Source: Mytilus trossulus
Lineage: Eukaryota
NCBI RefSeq assembly: GCF_036588685.1
Contig: NC_086375.1
Location: forward strand, 41,230,001-41,294,000
Length of the DNA stretch: 64,000 nucleotides
Reading direction: 5' to 3'
The notes under the pieces are model-generated. The model was not told where the DNA came from, searched no databases, and was given only the letters and a program-made list of their open reading frames with translations. The translations under genes and the position numbers were made by a program. Positions 48,921 through 64,000 of this stretch are shown here, one piece after another. Numbering within the stretch: position 1 is the stretch's first letter; each line of letters starts with the position of its first letter.

Positions 48921-51900
48921 ATATAAGCCTACCATTATTAGGGACGACATCAAAAGTTCAATGTAAGATAAAAAACTAAATTCACATAGTTTTATCACTG
49001 ACCCCCACACCCCCCTCTTAACTTAATTTGGGAAAAATTGAATTACCAATAGGGATATATGTAAAAATCGATTTTAGATATACAAAACTTGCAAAATTAC
49101 CATGGAAGATACTGTAAACCAACTTATTTTCACTAGCTATTTATTTCCACAACTCGTTTCAGCGCTCCTACTTATGGTAATAGATATATTAACTAAGGTT
49201 AACATCAAAACCAAGATAAACTTGAAGGCAAACTTGAACAAAGTCACTGAACTATGAAATATGACTCCAATTTATAGATGTATACTGATATTTGGTTGTG
49301 AAGGACTATACACATGTCTATGGGTACACAGTGTAAAACACGTCTTGTGCAAAAGTTAAGGTAGAACTAGTCTCCATTTTCACTACATATAAAAACAAAA
49401 CTTAAATCTCAATTTGTTTTATTAATTTTTTATATAAAACTTTTGTAATATTTCATAAATATATCATATTCTAAACCAAACTGTATATAAATATTCCCAC
49501 CTCTGATTTTAAAACTGAATTAAAACAGAGTTGCTTCCCCTATCTGTGCCATAAACAAATTAAACCTCACTAAATACAAAATAATATAGTAAACATCCTT
49601 ACAATGATAAATTCCTAGCACAGATCTTTGATTGTAGTAAATAATAACTAACAATATTTTCCTACATGCTCATTCATATAGCATTGATAAAAATTTATTC
49701 CAAATAATATATATGGTAACAATATTTAATAGACAAATCCCATATTTGTGTGGATGCAAATGCAAAAAAAAGTTAAATTGCCAAATAATTCAACAAGAAA
49801 ATATATTAAGGGCTCGTAAAAATGTTAGGTGTTATCATGAACATTTATGCATGTATGATCTATGAAAGCAAATGATGTGTCTTTCAGACATGGATGACAG
49901 CCATTAATAAAATTTCAAGTAAATGCTACTACTTTGGCTTTTAGGCAACTGTAGCCGGTCAAGCATACAATGTAGGTCATGATGATCTAAATGTTATAGA
50001 ATAGTATTACATAAACTATAAAACATTGTAGAAATATGACGCTATTATCAACTTTGACACATATCTATATTAAGGACCTATTGTGGGAAAAGAAAAGTCC
50101 CAAAAACAAAAGCTATTAAAATTGACTGGGGAAAGTCATAGGTATTGGTACATCAGATATTTATAGCATACTGCAAATTATCTAATGATGATTTTATAAT
50201 GAAATACTGTCATATGTATGGTATGCTCTGGCAGTCTGAACTTTTCTTTATGAAAATGAAAATAAACTTAATGAATTTGTTAACCTTGGGGACATTAATT
50301 GAACTACAAACAACCAAAATTTCAAGCTGAGAAAAGATATGTATTTGAATTGAATGTAATTTTAATACCAGCAGAGTGAAATTTTGTTGAAGAATTGCTG
50401 TGGAGTTAAAATGGTTTGAGACATGTTTTTTTCTCTTTCTTTTTTTTTTTTTTTTTTTTTTTAAATCTGATGGGTTCCAAACAAATTGAAACTTTAGAAC
50501 ATCTTAAGTCTAAATAGCATGTTAAAATGACTCAGATGTTGAACAAGACGAATTCACTGTAAAAGATTAAACATAGCCTTTTTATAAATCACAGAAATAT
50601 AATCTCATAGACTTGTAAAGAATTATTCCTAATTCCACAATGAAAAAAGTCATCTTAGGTGTATTGTAACTCCTATTTTATTTTCATAATTTTGATCATT
50701 TAAAAAGATCAGATCAAACTAAGACAATCTACAGCTCTTTGGACTATTTTATTCAGACTGTATATGAATTTTAGGCTGTGTAATTATTTTTACTAATTTG
50801 AATAACAAATACTCATTAGTAATGAAGATGTAACTCTCACCTATCTTTTTCTCAGAAAATCCATGAAAGAACTGCAAAAACATAGAAAAAAATGTATGTA
50901 ATATTTTTTTCTTTTCTTGAGTATACATATTACAGTTAATTTATCAGATGAGAAAATGAAATGTAGAGTTTAGGTAAATGAGAAAGCAAACCAGCATCAC
51001 AACAAACCAATTGACACCTTCTTCAACAGAATTGAGTTTCTACACATAAAACAAGTATGAAATTAGTCTAAGACATGGAAAAAAGATCATGAATTGTTGA
51101 TTAAATTAGGACTAAAAAAGCAAGTTGATATGATCAAGCAACCACAACTCATCTAAAAAGCTTCAAAAAATTATTTCTAAATTATGATTGACCTTAACGT
51201 CCTGATATTTAAACAAAACCAAGCCATAAAAATATTATATCAGTCATTTTCATTGTTAAATTTGGAGGGTGGGCTTTTTTTCTGGTATAATTACAAATGA
51301 TTTTTTATTTACATGCCATAACTTATGATTAAAAAAAAAGACTGAGCATGGTCTGGCAACAATAAGAAAGCTATCTTATTCACCATTTTTTTCTTTTTTT
51401 CTTTTGAATGTCAACACTTATCACAAACATAAACAAAGCAATAAGCAACTAAATAACATAATATACAATTCAATTAAAGCTGCACCAATATGTGTATTGG
51501 TGTAAAACATTAATTACAGAGTCACAGATTGATTAATTAAATTAGGTTCACCATATACAAAGCAACAAAAAAATAAGTAATCAAAAATTAGATTTAAACA
51601 AAATTTGTTTACATTAATTTTATAGTAAAATAATTTGTATATTTTACATGTTATTTATTATCTTAAGTATTCAAACATTTTTTTGTTCATCAATGTAATT
51701 ATATGGCTTATGTTTTAATAGCTGAAAAGGGTCATGTTCTTGAAAAATAATATAATTCCAACAAAAAAAAAAGAATCTAGATATGTATCGTTGGAACAGA
51801 CCATGGACAGAAGAGTAATTTTACCCCAAAAATTGTTTTTAAAATTTTGTTTTTGTTGCCCTTGTTCTGAATTTTTAATTTTCTTTATAAGTATTTTAGA

Positions 51901-52354
51901 TATTTGGACCAAACATCTAGAAGAGAGAATAAAAGATTTCTTATTTAAAACTTTACCTGTAATAGCAATGTATTTCAGTTATTTTGAAACCAAGTACATA
52001 ACCAAATGAAAACGACAACAAACATAAAAATTTCTCCATTTCAAATAGTTCTTCATTTGAAATTGTACACATTTTGATTTTACATAGTAAATACACCATT
52101 TACAGAATAAAAACAGTAAGTCTGGCAAATAAATAAAAGTAATACATGTTCACAATGCAACCAGCAACAAAAACACATGTAGCTGTCTTATGTCAATAAT
52201 TGATGCATCCTAAAATTTCCCTTCTGGCATTTTCAATGTCTCATGCAGGAAATTGTAGGTATAAAATCCCAGGTTTTTTTGGTGGTAAAATAATGCACAT
52301 CGATCATGCAAAATGCAGTAGACAACACGAAAATAAAAAGAGACGGAGTTTGTA

Positions 52355-62561
<10,207 letters not shown>

Positions 62562-64000
62562 CTATGTAGAAAAATAAAAGTTAATTTGTAGGTGTGAGTC
62601 GAGACTGGACGTTAATATTTAGCTGTCTTCTTTCAACTCGCCACGTTCCGAGTCTTCATAAATTACAGACATGCGTGTACACACCGGAAATGTCAAATAT
62701 TTCATTCTGAAGGAAAGTGTTGCTTTTATTTTTAAACGGCAACATATTCGACCTTCCTCAACATTCCCTTTGTTGAATGTTGATTTTTTTTCTTAGTTCA
62801 TCAATTTATAATAACGAAAAATAGTCTGGGTGGGGAAATTTCAACCTGAAAGAATTTTCTGGTCTAGTTTTAATTATTTTTTTTAAAATTAAATATATCG
62901 AAAAGTTCCAAAACTGTTGACCGTGCGTCCGTCCTCTGAGGGGTTCAACGGTAAACAAACTAGTTTACTAATTTGAGCAAACAGTTGTATCTATTTATTT
63001 GATTTATTTGTTAAACTGTGTGCAATTTAAAAAAAATGTCATTGACAAACATATGTTGACTTGTGTATTCGTCATTATTCCATATGAAACTCTTCTGTTT
63101 GTTCTAAGTCTATAAATTTTAATATAAAATTCAAGAAACATATGATACACAAATTTTAAGAAACAAGCTAGCCTTCTATTCTTGAAGAGTGTTACTGATA
63201 AAGGTAAGCATGATTAATAAATTCACGAAAAAGCCAATTTGTCATTAACAATAAAATTGAGAAAAGCCTGAAATGGGGAATGTGTCACTAAGAGACAACA
63301 ACCCCGGCGACCATGCATGTACCAGGCAACAGCAGAAGGTCATGTATTGGCATTGTATACGTACAGAGGTATACATATATACCAATTCAAATTTATAACT
63401 ATTGGTTTAAAAAATCGATTTACGCTGAATAATAAGTTGGAAATGATATTTCTCTATAACAGTCTGTTTGGTTTCAACTCCGTCAAATAAGGCTAAAACA
63501 TCACTTAGGTTTTATAGGCGGTATATATACTATATTACTCTGTCTTATCGATCCGTAACAATAACTCATTCTAAAAGGTTACCATTAAAGGACTAGGTTC
63601 ACTAAGTACAAAAAATGGCCCTGTCCAAAAAAAATATTTCATCAGTAATTAATTGACTATCTGCATGTTTGCTATATAAAAACAAGTTTTCAAATTTCAA
63701 TATTTCACTAATTCTGCATTTTTGGGGAACACTGAGTAATTAGATCTTTGAATATTGTAAATTATTTGTATTACTATTGATTTTGTTATCATTCAATTAA
63801 AATCAAACTAAAGACTATAACACTATTGTTATATAACATTGAGAATATACATATATGCACATGCATGGTTCTACAATCAGTTTCAATACCTGTTTCTTGA
63901 CATTGCACGAGGTCATTTTTTTCTCTTACTCAGTGTTTTTGACGTATTTACACTAAATCCATTGGATGTTGGATGTGCACTGAATGATAAACGAGTCTTC

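Noticed and set aside
62930-63210. Plus-strand donor-like sites (~62951, ~63204) suggesting a head-to-head gene sharing the Rab6 promoter
   Set aside because: There is no supportable ORF. They could be non-coding exons, but this cannot be shown from this window.

Overview
AT-rich, intron-containing eukaryotic DNA. The repeat landscape and RING-less B-box gene family suggest a bivalve mollusc, most likely a mytilid mussel (inference; no search run). From left to right the window holds: (1) the last two coding exons of a flavin-containing monooxygenase (+). (2) A full-length, young DIRS1-type tyrosine-recombinase retrotransposon (2735-8811) with inverted terminal repeats and a perfect internal complementary region. 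Its RT is split by an 876-bp Helentron-type insertion. (3) A minus-strand cluster of four RING-less B-box/coiled-coil/beta-propeller (TRIM-like) genes: one intact, two disrupted, one remnant. (4) A three-coding-exon serum amyloid A gene inside that cluster, with an unusual cationic N-terminal extension. (5) A Penelope-like RT fragment, a FLYWCH-MULE derivative, several MITEs and hammerhead-ribozyme-bearing repeats. (6) A complete 8-exon Rab6 gene (-) with a U12-type last intron and an apparent duplicated alternative first coding exon that changes the P-loop. The strongest leads are the Rab6 alternative exon 1, the extended SAA, four U1-complementary motifs at the DIRS ends and ICR, and a reconstructed ~936-codon recombinase ORF overlapping almost all of pol.
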